Origin: Pseudomonas phage WX_Y
DNA length: 7,205 bases
Sequence record: OQ354711.1
Strand: one strand, 5' to 3'
Shown: one piece after another, positions 6,511-7,205 of the stretch
How the letters are laid out: each line of letters opens with the position of its first letter
How positions within the stretch are numbered: position 1 is the stretch's first letter
The notes under the pieces: model-generated
The model's database searches: none
The model's input: the letters and a program-made list of their open reading frames with translations, nothing else
Told to the model about the DNA's origin: nothing
Position numbers and translations under genes: made by a program

Positions 6511-6828
6511 CCGCCCGCTTTTTGGATCCCCAGCCCCCTTGGAAGTCCCGGCAGGTCAAGGGCCGCGACCCCGGCTTGTCAGCGCTTGCGGTGACAAACG
6601 GAGTCCCGGGCGGAGCGAACCCTTGAGCCACCTCGACCAACAGCCTCAGCTCGGGAGGGAGGGACAGCTCTTCCGTCCCTGCCTCCTGAGCCCTCGGCGG
6701 CAAGAGCGGGTTGTAGGGCAGCGCCCTACGATCTTGTTTGCCGTCCAGGGTGCAACCCTGGCCGTCGGAGACACGCTTTTGACTGTACTGAATTCGCGTG
6801 ATGCGTCACGGGAATGACGCCGGAAGGG

Positions 6829-6873
6829 GTGGGGGTGCTGTTACACCCCCACTTCGGTGCGGAATCCCGCACT
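6829..6873. repeat. Two tandem hairpins in a GC-rich noncoding tract
   Basis: GTGGGGGTG (6829-6837), loop CTGTTA, CACCCCCAC (6844-6852). Then GTGCGG (6857-6862), loop AATC, CCGCAC (6867-6872). The first loop contains the TGTTACA motif that recurs at 7122 and 7171. Confidence 0.5.
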
Positions 6874-6879
6874 CCGTGA

Positions 6880-7071
6880 TCACTCCTTTGAGCCGAACTC
6901 TTCCCGGAATTCAAGCACGTCCTTAGTCGTGATCTTGTCCAGGTACTTCCATAGCGTCGCGTTGATTAGGTCCGATTCCCGGACGTCGTCCTTGGTCTCA
7001 ATGATCATTTTCACGCGGCGGTCTTTCACCTCGTCGACGAATTTGTCGCGTACTCGATATGCCTTCGACAT
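6880..7071 (-). CDS. Hypothetical small charged protein (63 aa, MSKAYRVRDKFVDEVKDRRVKMII...), possible regulator
   Basis: Clean ATG with AGGTAA SD. It is rich in K/E/D/R. The opposite-strand ORF (6857-7144) has the Ser/Arg-rich look of an antisense frame. It is divergent from a palindrome-rich promoter region. No family assigned. Confidence 0.45.
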   Translation of the reverse strand: MSKAYRVRDKFVDEVKDRRVKMIIETKDDVRESDLINATLWKYLDKITTKDVLEFREEFGSKE

Positions 7072-7115
7072 GCACCGTTACCTGTCACAAGTGGTGGGCG
7101 TTATTCTGGCACGTG

Positions 7116-7146
7116 TTGCGCTGTTACAAGTTACTGAGGTATAAAT
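7116..7146 (+). promoter_or_regulatory. Candidate rightward promoter (TTGCGC-N18-TATAAA)
   Basis: The -10-like TATAAA is at 7140-7145 and TTGCGC at 7116-7121 with an 18-bp spacer. A palindromic operator sits just downstream. The promoter would read toward the window end, and toward gII if the molecule is circular. Confidence 0.3.
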
Positions 7147-7153
7147 CCCCCTG

Positions 7154-7179
7154 CCTGTAACACGTAACGTTGTTACAGG
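7154..7179. repeat. Operator-like inverted repeat CCTGTAACA-N8-TGTTACAGG
   Basis: The arms 7154-7162 and 7171-7179 are exact reverse complements. Related half-sites are CCTGTCACAAG (7081-7091) and CTGTTACAAG (7121-7130). Confidence 0.55.
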
Positions 7180-7205
7180 GGTGCTAGGACAGCCTGGGGT
7201 GGTCG

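Noticed and set aside
6649-6664. G-tracts GGGAGGGAGGG as a possible G-quadruplex
   Set aside because: There are only three G3 tracts, one short of a canonical G4.
6539-6817. 92-aa plus-strand ORF and 76-aa and 62-aa minus-strand ORFs in the GC-rich tract
   Set aside because: Pro/Arg/Gly-rich translations, no SD, and overlap with repeat and hairpin elements. The region is judged noncoding.
6857-6873. tRNA-like T-arm (GTGCGGAATCCCGCAC) suggesting a tRNA 3' fragment or att site
   Set aside because: It lacks the conserved TTC of the T-loop, the loop length is wrong, and there is no acceptor stem or CCA context.
7121-7136. LexA-box-like CTGT-N8-ACTG
   Set aside because: The essential CAG of the right half is mismatched (ACTG rather than ACAG), and the spacer is not AT-rich like E. 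coli SOS boxes. It is more likely part of the TGTTACA repeat family.
1-7205. CRISPR arrays, rRNA/tRNA genes, transposase/IS elements
   Set aside because: No regularly spaced direct repeats with unique spacers and no transposase-like ORF or terminal inverted repeats were seen.

Overview
This window reads as an almost complete morphogenesis and replication module of a filamentous (Inoviridae-like) phage, all on the + strand. In order: a rolling-circle replication initiator (gII-like, 1-1137), three small translationally coupled ORFs, a Pf3-like ssDNA-binding protein (gV-like), a small membrane protein, a major coat protein (gVIII-like) with signal peptide followed by a UUCG-tetraloop intrinsic terminator, a large Cys/Thr-rich adsorption protein (gIII-like), a gVI-like hydrophobic protein and a Zot-family assembly ATPase (gI-like, Walker A GLPGSGKS). 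I see no secretin (gIV) and no integrase. Downstream of gI lies a dif-like XerC-arm motif (TTCGCATAATGT) duplicated in inverted orientation with a 5-nt bulge, reminiscent of the CTXphi-type forked-hairpin attP. A minus-strand 184-aa putative DNA-binding regulator (AT-hook-like RGRGRP, basic region, coiled coil) follows. Its upstream region carries an array of GTGACG/CGTCAC palindromes plus three phased CACGATAAATAG repeats, which could be an operator/iteron array or the origin. The right end holds a GC-rich noncoding tract with tandem hairpins, a 63-aa charged minus-strand ORF, and a divergent promoter-like region with TGTTACA palindromes. The window starts exactly at the gII ATG and its last bases supply a Shine-Dalgarno, consistent with a ~7.2-kb circular inovirus genome linearised at gII. 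All homology statements rest on my memory of the protein families, not on searches.
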